IMG/VR virus record: IMGVR_UViG_3300012923_000006
Span: 1-40,639 of that record
Direction: 5' to 3' (one strand)
Length of the DNA: 40,639 nt
From: a virus
In this document: positions 1 through 6,403 of the stretch, one piece after another
How positions within the stretch are numbered: position 1 is the stretch's first letter
Layout of the letters: each line of letters begins with the position of its first letter
Translations under genes and position numbers: made by a program
Notes under the pieces: generated by a model
Seen by the model: only the letters and a program-made list of their open reading frames with translations
Database searches by the model: none
What the model was told of the DNA's origin: nothing

Positions 1-118
1 CCGAGAATGGATAAAGACAGCCTGCAACGGTTCCTTCTGCCCTTCACCGAGGACATCGATGTCTACGTGGAGCTCGGCGGCATCCCATGCCGGATCGAGC
101 GCGCCAGCTACATCAACA
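1..118. repeat. Terminal direct repeat, copy 1 (identical to 40522-40639)
   Basis: Direct base-by-base comparison: 1-118 matches 40522-40639. This gives a unit genome length of 40521 bp. Confidence 0.95.
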
Positions 119-459
119 CGAATGGTGATGGGGCCGTACTGCTGCATCTGGCCGACAGTGGTTACACCAAACGAGGCGAGGTTATGAAGACGCCGGAGTC
201 GGCCGCTCAGGGCTCCGAGGCAGGTCACCTCAATACGCCTCACCGTGATGGGACTGGGGCAGTTCCGGGAGGAAACTCCATGGGGACGGAAGCGCAGGCC
301 ACGCAACCGTCCGCCGCCCCCACGCTTGGAGATCCATGCCATGTATGCAAGTGGGCGAGGATTGAGCAAAGTGGTTACAACTTTCGCTGTGCCAATTGCG
401 GCTGGCTTGGGCCGCGCGTCCCATGGGCACCGTCTACATCCTCCGAGGAACACAAATGA
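7..459 (+). CDS. Hypothetical protein with a C-terminal zinc-ribbon-like motif (CHVC...CANC)
   Basis: 150-aa ORF. The same ATG is seen at 40528, overlapping the upstream stop by 8 nt, so the gene chain continues across the circular junction. Confidence 0.6.
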   Translation: MDKDSLQRFLLPFTEDIDVYVELGGIPCRIERASYINTNGDGAVLLHLADSGYTKRGEVMKTPESAAQGSEAGHLNTPHRDGTGAVPGGNSMGTEAQATQPSAAPTLGDPCHVCKWARIEQSGYNFRCANCGWLGPRVPWAPSTSSEEHK

Positions 460-695
460 AAGCATACGATTTCTACAACGTCTATGCACATACGCCCGTC
501 GGAATCGCCGCGCCGCCTTTCATCAGCATAAATGCCGTGCCGGACGGCCTGAAGTTCAATGTCCGGTACAAAGGCATAGACGGCAACACCGGCCCGCAGG
601 GTGAAATTACCCTCTCCGTTGAGGAAGTGAAGGCCATGATTCCGAAGCTGCAGCAGTGGGTCGATGAGCACGCTGACAATGGACCCGAGCGATGA
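456..695 (+). CDS. Hypothetical protein (79 aa)
   Basis: ATG 456 forms an ATGA overlap with the stop of 7-459, and GAGGAA lies upstream. The longer track start at 396 would overlap the upstream gene. Confidence 0.6.
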   Translation: MKAYDFYNVYAHTPVGIAAPPFISINAVPDGLKFNVRYKGIDGNTGPQGEITLSVEEVKAMIPKLQQWVDEHADNGPER

Positions 696-871
696 ACAAA
701 CTTGTGGCCGATGGTCCCACCCCCGGCGAGGTTCACGCACTCATCATGAAGCGGATCGAGGGCTTGATGGACGCCACCGGGGGATCGCTACTCGGAGAGG
801 AACTCAATCTTCTGACCGATCTGGCGTTCTTTTATGAGAATCAGCTCGGATGGTCATCGCGCAATGGATGA
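692..871 (+). CDS. Small hypothetical protein (59 aa), below the ORF-track cutoff
   Basis: Hand translation gives MNKLVADGPTPGEVHALIMKRIEG...SRNG. ATG 692 overlaps the upstream TGA (ATGA), and the ORF fills an otherwise unexplained gap. Confidence 0.45.
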   Translation: MNKLVADGPTPGEVHALIMKRIEGLMDATGGSLLGEELNLLTDLAFFYENQLGWSSRNG

Positions 872-1205
872 GCACCTCTTACGGGACACACTCGACATGT
901 GCGAAGGCTGGGCTGCGCATATGGCGGGAGGCTGCGGTGTAGCGAATCAAATTCCGGTTCATCGCCACACCATTGCAGCGCTTCGCGAGCTGCTCGCAGA
1001 TACGAAAGCAACCCACGCTTGGCACCTGACGGACAAGCACATCAATTCGCTGCAGGTGGAATCCATCGATAACCTAATCCGTCGCGCAAAGGCCGCGCAC
1101 TACGTCAATGTATTGGTACGGATCAACGGAAAAGACGAGGTGTACGAGGCGGATTGGCTGAAGCATCTACATAGAACTGGCGGCTCAGGAGAATCACGTG
1201 GCTAA
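864..1205 (+). CDS. Hypothetical protein (113 aa)
   Basis: Internal ATG of ORF 834-1205, placed just before the stop of 692-871. No motif recognised. Confidence 0.55.
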   Translation: MDEHLLRDTLDMCEGWAAHMAGGCGVANQIPVHRHTIAALRELLADTKATHAWHLTDKHINSLQVESIDNLIRRAKAAHYVNVLVRINGKDEVYEADWLKHLHRTGGSGESRG

Positions 1206-1422
1206 AAAGCCCAGCGGCTTCATCGCCAAGTGTCAATGCGGCTCCATCACTGGCGCGTTGGATGCGGATAGAACCGACCGAAAGGACGCGGGCAAGATCC
1301 TCGGCGAGTGGCTTCAGCGCGGCTGCACTATTGAGCCACGCTTTGGTGGCACGTGGACTGAAACCATCACCCAATGCAAGTGCCCTTCGGACAGCGCAGA
1401 CGCACAACAGGAGAAATCATGA
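1198..1422 (+). CDS. Hypothetical Cys-containing protein (74 aa)
   Basis: GTG start preceded by GGAG. It overlaps the upstream stop by 8 nt. Confidence 0.55.
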   Translation: MAKKPSGFIAKCQCGSITGALDADRTDRKDAGKILGEWLQRGCTIEPRFGGTWTETITQCKCPSDSADAQQEKS

Positions 1423-1577
1423 AAATATCGATCATTCAAATCTCGCCTCACACGAAAGTATGGGGATTCAGCCGCATACGAAACGTCGTCGCCAACGGAC
1501 GCACCCGAGGACTGTCTTTGTATATCGGGACTCTCCAGTTCGCCTTGGAGCTTAGACCAAAGGAAGGAATCTCATGA
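1419..1577 (+). CDS. Hypothetical protein (52 aa)
   Basis: ATG 1419 forms an ATGA overlap with the upstream stop and is preceded by AGGAGA. Confidence 0.5.
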   Translation: MKISIIQISPHTKVWGFSRIRNVVANGRTRGLSLYIGTLQFALELRPKEGIS

Positions 1578-1684
1578 CTCCTTACTGCAATCATCCGGAT
1601 CGCATTTGCCGCTTTATGGTGGATTGCCCGTTCCTCACCTGCCGTTGGAAGCAACCGGAACCAGGAGTGAACGATGGCAATTGA
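1574..1684 (+). CDS. Small Cys-rich hypothetical peptide (36 aa)
   Basis: Hand translation gives MTPYCNHPDRICRFMVDCPFLTCRW.... ATGA overlap at 1574-1577. Not in the track because of its size. Confidence 0.35.
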   Translation: MTPYCNHPDRICRFMVDCPFLTCRWKQPEPGVNDGN

Positions 1685-1871
1685 GTCGCTTGTGAAGCCC
1701 GATGGCTGCTCATGCGATGACTGGGCAATCACGATGCCCAAACTCAATGGCCCGATCGTCTTGGCTTCAATCCGCGCTGGCAATCCATGCCTATATGACG
1801 GCAAGCCGTTTGTGTTCTGTCCGTGGTGCGGTAATAGGCTCCCGGAAACCGTGAACGAGCAACAACTGTGA
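1674..1871 (+). CDS. Hypothetical protein, possible zinc ribbon (CSC...CPWC)
   Basis: 65-aa ORF with GGAG 6 nt upstream of the ATG. Confidence 0.55.
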   Translation: MAIESLVKPDGCSCDDWAITMPKLNGPIVLASIRAGNPCLYDGKPFVFCPWCGNRLPETVNEQQL

Positions 1872-2101
1872 GCGAGACCTTTATTCCGTGCTGGCGCACC
1901 CGAACTTGGCACCAAGTATCGTTGAGGAATGATTGCGCCCATTGCGAGATCGAGCATGGAAGACAGTTATTGCAACGCTGGGTGACGGCCTGCAATCTGG
2001 CCGGTGTTGCCGCAGTCAGTGCGGATCTTCGCGATAATCCATTGCTCGCCCTGATCGCTGATTCCAAGGCCTATCTTTCGAAAGTGCGAATTGACGCTTG
2101 A
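1868..2101 (+). CDS. Hypothetical protein (77 aa)
   Basis: GTG start in a GTGA overlap with the upstream stop. Confidence 0.5.
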   Translation: MSETFIPCWRTRTWHQVSLRNDCAHCEIEHGRQLLQRWVTACNLAGVAAVSADLRDNPLLALIADSKAYLSKVRIDA

Positions 2102-2126
2102 CTGTGACATGTCACGCTGATAGGAT
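2098..2126 (+). promoter_or_regulatory. Candidate sigma70-type promoter with a palindromic operator in the spacer
   Basis: TTGACT (2098-2103), a 17-nt spacer, then TAGGAT (2121-2126). The spacer contains the perfect 12-bp palindrome GTGACATGTCAC (2104-2115). ATG 2155, with a GGAG motif, lies downstream. Confidence 0.45.
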
Positions 2127-2154
2127 ACTTCACATCAGCCACGGAGACCCAGTC

Positions 2155-2325
2155 ATGAAAACCTTCCGCCTCTACAGCGCGCAGACAGGCTCATCTTTCG
2201 GCACGGTCGAGGCCGTCAGTGAGTCAGACGCGCTGAACCGATTCGCCCAGCGCTATGGCCACAACAGCGTACAGGCGATGTGGAAGGCTGGCTGCTTCGA
2301 ATACGTCTCGGCGGAGGCGGCCTGA
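2155..2325 (+). CDS. Hypothetical protein (56 aa)
   Basis: Internal ATG of ORF 2098-2325, preceded by GGAG. The longer start would lie inside the candidate promoter. Confidence 0.55.
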   Translation: MKTFRLYSAQTGSSFGTVEAVSESDALNRFAQRYGHNSVQAMWKAGCFEYVSAEAA

Positions 2326-2465
2326 GCCCTTCCACGGCCGCTGAGCGGAAGGCTGCGCAGCGAGCTCGGCAGGAAGCGCAGGGGCTATCGAAGCTCGAGG
2401 TATGGGCGCCGAAGCGCCTGCACGAGCGGATCAAGAAATACGTGGCGCGCCTACTGAGGCGCTGA
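2280..2465 (+). CDS. Small basic protein, possible RHH/Arc-like DNA binder
   Basis: GTG is the only start available. The segment AERKAAQRARQEAQGLSKLEVWAPKRLHERI resembles small plasmid and phage regulators. It overlaps the upstream gene by 46 nt. Confidence 0.4.
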   Translation: MEGWLLRIRLGGGGLSPSTAAERKAAQRARQEAQGLSKLEVWAPKRLHERIKKYVARLLRR

Positions 2466-2483
2466 CAACCAAAGAGAGCAATC

Positions 2484-2894
2484 ATGAACCGCAAAGCTGC
2501 TTTGGGAGCTTGTCGAGTAGCCGGATATCACGACGATACACGCTCGTTCGTTCGCGCCTATGTGGAGAATCGAATCAGCTATACCTCTGCAAAGACTGAA
2601 TGGAATCGTGGAGCGCAGATGAAGAAGGCTGGTGTTGTTTGTGACTGCTTTTTCTGCAAGCGAGCCGCTCACCAAACTAAACCCACAACCATGAGCATGG
2701 ACTACATCCGCAAGACCTACGACGTGCCGGCGAAACGTGGCGGGCGCATCAAGTACACAAATGGCGGCACGTTCTACGGGACGATCGCCAGTGCCAAGGG
2801 CGGCTATCTGCGGGTTCGCTGGGATGAAGGTGGCCAGCGCCTTGTCTCGCTGCATCCGACATGGTGCGTTGAATACGTCGGGGCGCAGGTTTAA
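2484..2894 (+). CDS. Hypothetical protein (136 aa)
   Basis: ORF with a purine-rich (AAAGAGAG) stretch upstream. The C-terminal half (YDVPAKRGGRIKY...LHPTWCVEY) resembles a small domain common in phages. Confidence 0.6.
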   Translation: MNRKAALGACRVAGYHDDTRSFVRAYVENRISYTSAKTEWNRGAQMKKAGVVCDCFFCKRAAHQTKPTTMSMDYIRKTYDVPAKRGGRIKYTNGGTFYGTIASAKGGYLRVRWDEGGQRLVSLHPTWCVEYVGAQV

Positions 2895-2910
2895 CCTCAA
2901 ACCCACCACC

Positions 2911-3102
2911 ATGAAAATCTCAGAACTGATTGCCGCGCTGCAGGCCATTCTCGCGACTGACGGAGATCGCGACGTGGTTATCGATGATGCGGACACCCAT
3001 TGGTACCTCGCTATTGATACCGTCGAGACGGATACCGAATCAGGGTGCATCACGATTGGCGGCGACTACCATAGCGAAGGAAGCCGGGAGTTGCGCTCAT
3101 GA
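2911..3102 (+). CDS. Hypothetical acidic protein (63 aa)
   Basis: First ATG after the upstream stop within ORF 2737-3102. Confidence 0.55.
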   Translation: MKISELIAALQAILATDGDRDVVIDDADTHWYLAIDTVETDTESGCITIGGDYHSEGSRELRS

Positions 3103-3743
3103 CAAAAGAGCGCTTCTACCGCGTCGAGGTCAGTGACGCTGCCGGCCAAATCGTCGCGATTGAGACCGCAATGCTTGCCGGTCGTGATATTGGCCAATCT
3201 GAGCAGCAGGTAATTCGCTGGGCTATCGAGAATCTGTGCGGATTCGTCGGAGTGTTGTCACCTCCAGGGTCTTCTTTCGAATCGGCTATGCGAGAGTTCG
3301 AAGACGGTACAGGGCCCCTGTCGCCACAACCCGCCCCCGAACCGTCCGCCGGATACTGCCCAAATTGTGACTGCGATTATTGCGGCAGCGTGCAAGGAAG
3401 GCTCCAGCGAGCCGCAGTGAAATCGGCACCCGAACCGAACGAGCTATGCCAGTGTGGCTTGAATGAGCGGGCCTGCAGCGAAAGTGCATGCGCAGAACCA
3501 ATTCCGCGTTTCCGACCCGCAGTGAAATCGGGAAGAAGTCTTAGAACCCCGCAGGGTGAACCGGCGCTAACTTCCCCTCGGGAGTTGCCGGGTACGAGGG
3601 AGCCAGTCTTACAGCAGCCTCACGGCAACGCTGGCGAAAGCCCTGCACTTTTCTGTGGCTGCGACGTCGAGGATCCATACGTCTGTACCAATGCCAAGCC
3701 GCATGAGCACGAGCCCTGTTACTGCCAGTGCCATAAGCTGTAA
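3099..3743 (+). CDS. Cys-rich hypothetical protein (214 aa)
   Basis: ATGA overlap at the start. Multiple CxxC/CxC clusters (CPNCDCDYC, CQCG, CYCQCH). An in-frame 15-bp internal repeat lies at 3412-3426 and 3517-3531. Confidence 0.6.
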   Translation: MTKERFYRVEVSDAAGQIVAIETAMLAGRDIGQSEQQVIRWAIENLCGFVGVLSPPGSSFESAMREFEDGTGPLSPQPAPEPSAGYCPNCDCDYCGSVQGRLQRAAVKSAPEPNELCQCGLNERACSESACAEPIPRFRPAVKSGRSLRTPQGEPALTSPRELPGTREPVLQQPHGNAGESPALFCGCDVEDPYVCTNAKPHEHEPCYCQCHKL

Positions 3744-3766
3744 CGAGTTGAGAACCTGAGCGCCTC

Positions 3767-4009
3767 ATGGACAAGTACACCGACGATCCTTACTACATGA
3801 CGCCAGAGGAAGAGTCACTGGTTGAGCTTCGGGCGGCGCACGACCGAATAGCCTTGCTGGAAGGCCAGCTTGAAGACGCTCAGATGACGATTTCGGATTT
3901 GGAGGGAGACCTGCGCATGGTCCGAAGCGGTCGAAACACATTCCATCGGCTGTACGACGAGTTAGCGCAGAAGATTGTGAACAAATGGCGACCCGCTCTG
4001 CGTCGATGA
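3767..4009 (+). CDS. Hypothetical coiled-coil protein (80 aa)
   Basis: ORF with a heptad-like acidic helix (LLEGQLEDAQMTISDLEGDL). Confidence 0.6.
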   Translation: MDKYTDDPYYMTPEEESLVELRAAHDRIALLEGQLEDAQMTISDLEGDLRMVRSGRNTFHRLYDELAQKIVNKWRPALRR

Positions 4010-4227
4010 GCGTTCGCATTCACTTCGGAGCCAGTAGCGATCCCAGCTTCATGTGTGATCAGTGCGGCCAGAAATATCTAGTCCCGCAGTCAGTGCGCTG
4101 GGACCCCGCGGTAACAACCGAGTGCGCTCAAGCAGCGAGAGACCGAGGCTGGTATATCGCGGAGTACAAGATTATGTGCCCGACTCACGCCGTACTGAAC
4201 AGGCCATCGGATAGCGGAAACGAATGA
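4006..4227 (+). CDS. Hypothetical zinc-finger-like protein (73 aa)
   Basis: ATG 4006 in an ATGA overlap. CDQC...C...CPTH cysteine/histidine pattern. Confidence 0.55.
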   Translation: MSVRIHFGASSDPSFMCDQCGQKYLVPQSVRWDPAVTTECAQAARDRGWYIAEYKIMCPTHAVLNRPSDSGNE

Positions 4228-4469
4228 CCAACCTCGCCGGCACCCGGTTCGGGCGCCCCCTTCTTCTCACCCCCCGTGAAGAGTTCGAAATTCGCCAGAT
4301 GCGCGAAGCTGGCGTGACCATTAAGGACTGCTGCGGTTACTTCAACATCTCCGAAGCAACCGTCTACCGTGTCTTATCCAAGCTACGCCGCAAGCTCGGA
4401 CCCGAGAAATTACCGCGCGGGCAAACTGCCCGATCACATCTGACACGTCAGAACGACGCGCAGATCTAA
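4224..4469 (+). CDS. Stand-alone HTH protein resembling the C-terminal HTH_7 domain of serine resolvases/invertases
   Basis: The segment GRPLLLTPREEFEIRQMREAGVTIKDCCGYFNISEATVYRVL matches the resolvase-type HTH pattern. There is no catalytic serine domain here or upstream. ATGA overlap at the start. Confidence 0.55.
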   Translation: MTNLAGTRFGRPLLLTPREEFEIRQMREAGVTIKDCCGYFNISEATVYRVLSKLRRKLGPEKLPRGQTARSHLTRQNDAQI

Positions 4470-4483
4470 AAACAACGTGTTAT

Positions 4484-4543
4484 AGTTTTTGAGAGGTCGC
4501 AGTCGAAGTTACTTCTCAATATACATTATGCGCAATTGGACCA
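4484..4543. repeat. Left copy of a composite direct repeat flanking the DUF3653-like gene
   Basis: Contains TGAGAGGTCGCA (4490-4501), TTATGCGCAATT (4526-4537) and ATTGGACC (4535-4542). The outer motifs recur in the same order at 4943-4966. Confidence 0.8.
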
Positions 4544-4559
4544 TGGCATAAAGAGCACC

Positions 4560-4940
4560 ATGTTGCGCGCACAAGATATCCTTTATGGCTTGCAAGTCAG
4601 TGAGATACAGCGGATTTGCAAGGTGGATATTACCACCGCTCGACGCTGGAAACGCGGTGCAATCTGCCCGCCCGAATCAGCGCTCATGATTCTCGCTGGA
4701 GACCTGGGCGCTTTCGATCCAGCCTGGGCGGGCTGGCGGCTCGTCCGCGGCGAACTCATCTCTCCCGAGGGCTGGCGGGCCACTCCGGGGGACGTGCTTT
4801 CGATCCAGTTCACGCAGGCTCAATTGTCCGAATGGCGGATCGAGGCCAAGCGTCTCAGGGCCAAGCTTGAGGAATATGAGTTCGAAGAACAGCCCCTTCC
4901 CGACTCCATCGATCCCATGGAAATCAAAGCGCTTAAGTAA
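4560..4940 (+). CDS. DUF3653-like phage regulatory/HTH protein
   Basis: The segments ITTARRWKRGAICPPESALMILAGDLGAFDPAWAGWRL and GELISPEGW match my recollection of the DUF3653 family pattern. The first ATG is at 4560; the track start at 4536 is TTG. Confidence 0.5.
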   Translation: MLRAQDILYGLQVSEIQRICKVDITTARRWKRGAICPPESALMILAGDLGAFDPAWAGWRLVRGELISPEGWRATPGDVLSIQFTQAQLSEWRIEAKRLRAKLEEYEFEEQPLPDSIDPMEIKALK

Positions 4941-4942
4941 AA

Positions 4943-4966
4943 TGAGAGGTCGCAATGCATTGGACC
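4943..4966. repeat. Right copy of the composite direct repeat
   Basis: TGAGAGGTCGCA (4943-4954), then the 4 nt ATGC, then ATTGGACC (4959-4966). The segment also forms the near-palindrome GGTCGCAATGCATTGGACC. Confidence 0.8.
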
Positions 4967-4993
4967 TGAAAATATTTTCCCCTCGCCGCCTGA

Positions 4994-5032
4994 TTATGCG
5001 CAGTTCTTATGCGCCAGACTTATGCGCAATTC
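4994..5032. repeat. Three tandem 13-bp repeats (TTATGCGCAGTTC, TTATGCGCCAGAC, TTATGCGCAATTC)
   Basis: Read directly, with units starting at 4994, 5007 and 5020. A fourth TTATGCGCAATT lies at 4526-4537. The array sits exactly at the convergence of the two arms. Confidence 0.85.
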
Positions 5033-5564
5033 ACTTCTTTGCAAGCGCAGCCAGTGCATCCGTTTTCGCGGCGGAACCGCTTGAGCTTCCATAGTAGTAC
5101 GTGATGATTCCGGCCCATGCCGTGGCGAGTGATCCGAGCATGACCAGAAGCGCATCGCCGCCCGTTTCAGGTTTGCCGTGAACCAGCAAAAAACCCAGTG
5201 TGCCGAAGAACCCTGCCGTCACCAGATAGGCAAGAAATCTCGGGGTTGAGTCCTTGACCGCGATTTCCCGAGCGCGAGCATTGGCGATGTCCTGATAGAC
5301 GAGCTGCTCTTTCTGGATGCCCAATTCTTCCATCTTAAGCGTGAAGTCATTCTCGGCCTGTCTCATGGCCAAGGCCTGCTCCGGTGTCATCGAGAGCAAT
5401 GCGCTCTGGACCGCTTTGGGGTCGCTGGGATCGACGCCGAATATCTTATTGATGAAAGGAGCTACCAGAGGTGCAAACGGCCCGGCGGCGGCCGTGGCCA
5501 TCGTGGGCGCGATCGTCTTGAAGACTTGGAATGCGGCGCCGCCAATGTCCTTGAGCAGGTTCAT
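5031..5564 (-). CDS. Holin, GTA-type three-TM family
   Basis: ATG 5564 forms an ATGA overlap with the endolysin stop. It has a Gly/Ala-rich N-terminus, hydrophobic segments and the C-terminal YYYGSSSGSAAK motif typical of this family. It is the last gene of the late arm. Confidence 0.6.
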   Translation of the reverse strand: MNLLKDIGGAAFQVFKTIAPTMATAAAGPFAPLVAPFINKIFGVDPSDPKAVQSALLSMTPEQALAMRQAENDFTLKMEELGIQKEQLVYQDIANARAREIAVKDSTPRFLAYLVTAGFFGTLGFLLVHGKPETGGDALLVMLGSLATAWAGIITYYYGSSSGSAAKTDALAALAKK

Positions 5565-5989
5565 GGTGTCTTCTCCGCCAGTTGGGCGATTTTGAATAGC
5601 CGGCGCATCCATCCACGTCCGAACGTGGCGAACGTCGGCTGGGAAGCGAGTTGAAGCGTGCGCTCGGACTGAAAGTCCTGAATGAAGTTGGCCTGGGGTC
5701 TACCGCTGCACATCTGCAGCCACTTCAATGCGCGTCCCTGTCCTTGGAGGACGGAAGCATCGAACGCGAGCAATGCTTCATGCCACGGTAGTGCATCCCA
5801 AGTCTTCTGGTAGAAGTCCCTGGCGTAGAGGAACTTCGCGCGCTCGAGCGACAGATTCTTGATGTCCTCGGTCGGGTACGTGCGCTTGGAAATTCCATAG
5901 CGCGTCTCGCCTCCGGGATCTTTCTCGTTGTTGACGTAGCCGCCCTCGGCTCCAACCACAATGCCGAAAGCGGGGTCGAACCAGCTCAC
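5561..5989 (-). CDS. Endolysin, glycoside hydrolase family 108
   Basis: AEGGYVNNEKDPGGETRYGIS matches the GH108 signature (EGGY..DPGG.T.YGI). GTG start in a GTGA overlap with the upstream gene. Confidence 0.8.
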   Translation of the reverse strand: MSWFDPAFGIVVGAEGGYVNNEKDPGGETRYGISKRTYPTEDIKNLSLERAKFLYARDFYQKTWDALPWHEALLAFDASVLQGQGRALKWLQMCSGRPQANFIQDFQSERTLQLASQPTFATFGRGWMRRLFKIAQLAEKTP

Positions 5990-6165
5990 TTTTCACCCAG
6001 CCACTGCTTGACCTTCACCCGCACCGCCCACCAGACCAGGATGAACGATCCAATCCCAATCCCGACCCGCAGAATCAGATCGATCTTGTCCAGCCATACC
6101 CAGATGGCGGCATTGGCAGGGACGGCCGCGGCGGTGATGCCGTCTGCTACTTTTTGGGGAGTCAT
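5986..6165 (-). CDS. Small membrane protein of the lysis cassette (holin/antiholin-like), short form
   Basis: MTPQKVADGITAAAV...IGIGSFILVWWAVRVKVKQW has one clear TM segment. The ORF track extends it to 6417 (143 aa), which remains possible. Confidence 0.45.
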   Translation of the reverse strand: MTPQKVADGITAAAVPANAAIWVWLDKIDLILRVGIGIGSFILVWWAVRVKVKQWLGEK

Positions 6166-6173
6166 GCTATATT
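6165..6173 (+). promoter_or_regulatory. Candidate extended -10 element (TGCTATATT) for the plus-strand ORF 6205-6402
   Basis: TGnTATATT read at 6165-6173, followed by AGGAAGGGA and ATG 6205. No good -35 element. Confidence 0.3.
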
Positions 6174-6204
6174 TCCGCCGGTCTAAGAATAGGAAGGGAA
6201 CGCC

Positions 6205-6402
6205 ATGGCAGTAATGAACGACGAGCCGATTGAGAACTTGGACCTGTATCGGCAGGACTTCCGCAGAGAACTGGTCTTTCAATTCCCCTCCGCCCGCCTG
6301 GGCTATACCTTCCACGCGAGTGATCGAGCAAGCCAGGTCGTTGCTGCCTTGCGCAAGCTGGCCGATGACATCGAGGCCAGATTTCTGATCGAGCCTAATT
6401 GA
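6205..6402 (+). CDS. Opposite-strand small acidic protein (65 aa) between the tailspike and the lysis cassette
   Basis: AGGAAGGGA lies 5 nt upstream of the ATG. Hand-counted GC3 is about 69%, against about 63% for the competing minus frame. It exactly fills the gap between 6165 and 6404. Confidence 0.45.
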   Translation: MAVMNDEPIENLDLYRQDFRRELVFQFPSARLGYTFHASDRASQVVAALRKLADDIEARFLIEPN

Positions 6403-6403
6403 A

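Noticed and set aside
3412-3531. 15-bp exact direct repeat (CCGCAGTGAAATCGG) at 3412-3426 and 3517-3531 as a possible regulatory repeat.
   Set aside because: The copies are in frame and 105 bp apart within one ORF, encoding AVKS in both. It is most simply an internal peptide duplication.
4470-4495. AAAAAC...GTTTTT inverted repeat after the 4224-4469 gene as a terminator.
   Set aside because: The stem is AT-only, 6 bp, with a large loop. It is not a convincing intrinsic terminator.
4994-5032. Considered whether the tandem 13-mers could be a minimal CRISPR-like array or a satellite.
   Set aside because: The units are directly adjacent, with no spacers and only three copies. They are iteron or arm-site-like, not a CRISPR array.
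4867-5094. 75-aa plus-strand ORF crossing the convergent junction and the 13-mer repeats.
   Set aside because: It overlaps the end of the DUF3653-like gene and the holin 3' end. Its sequence is dictated by the repeats, and it has no RBS.
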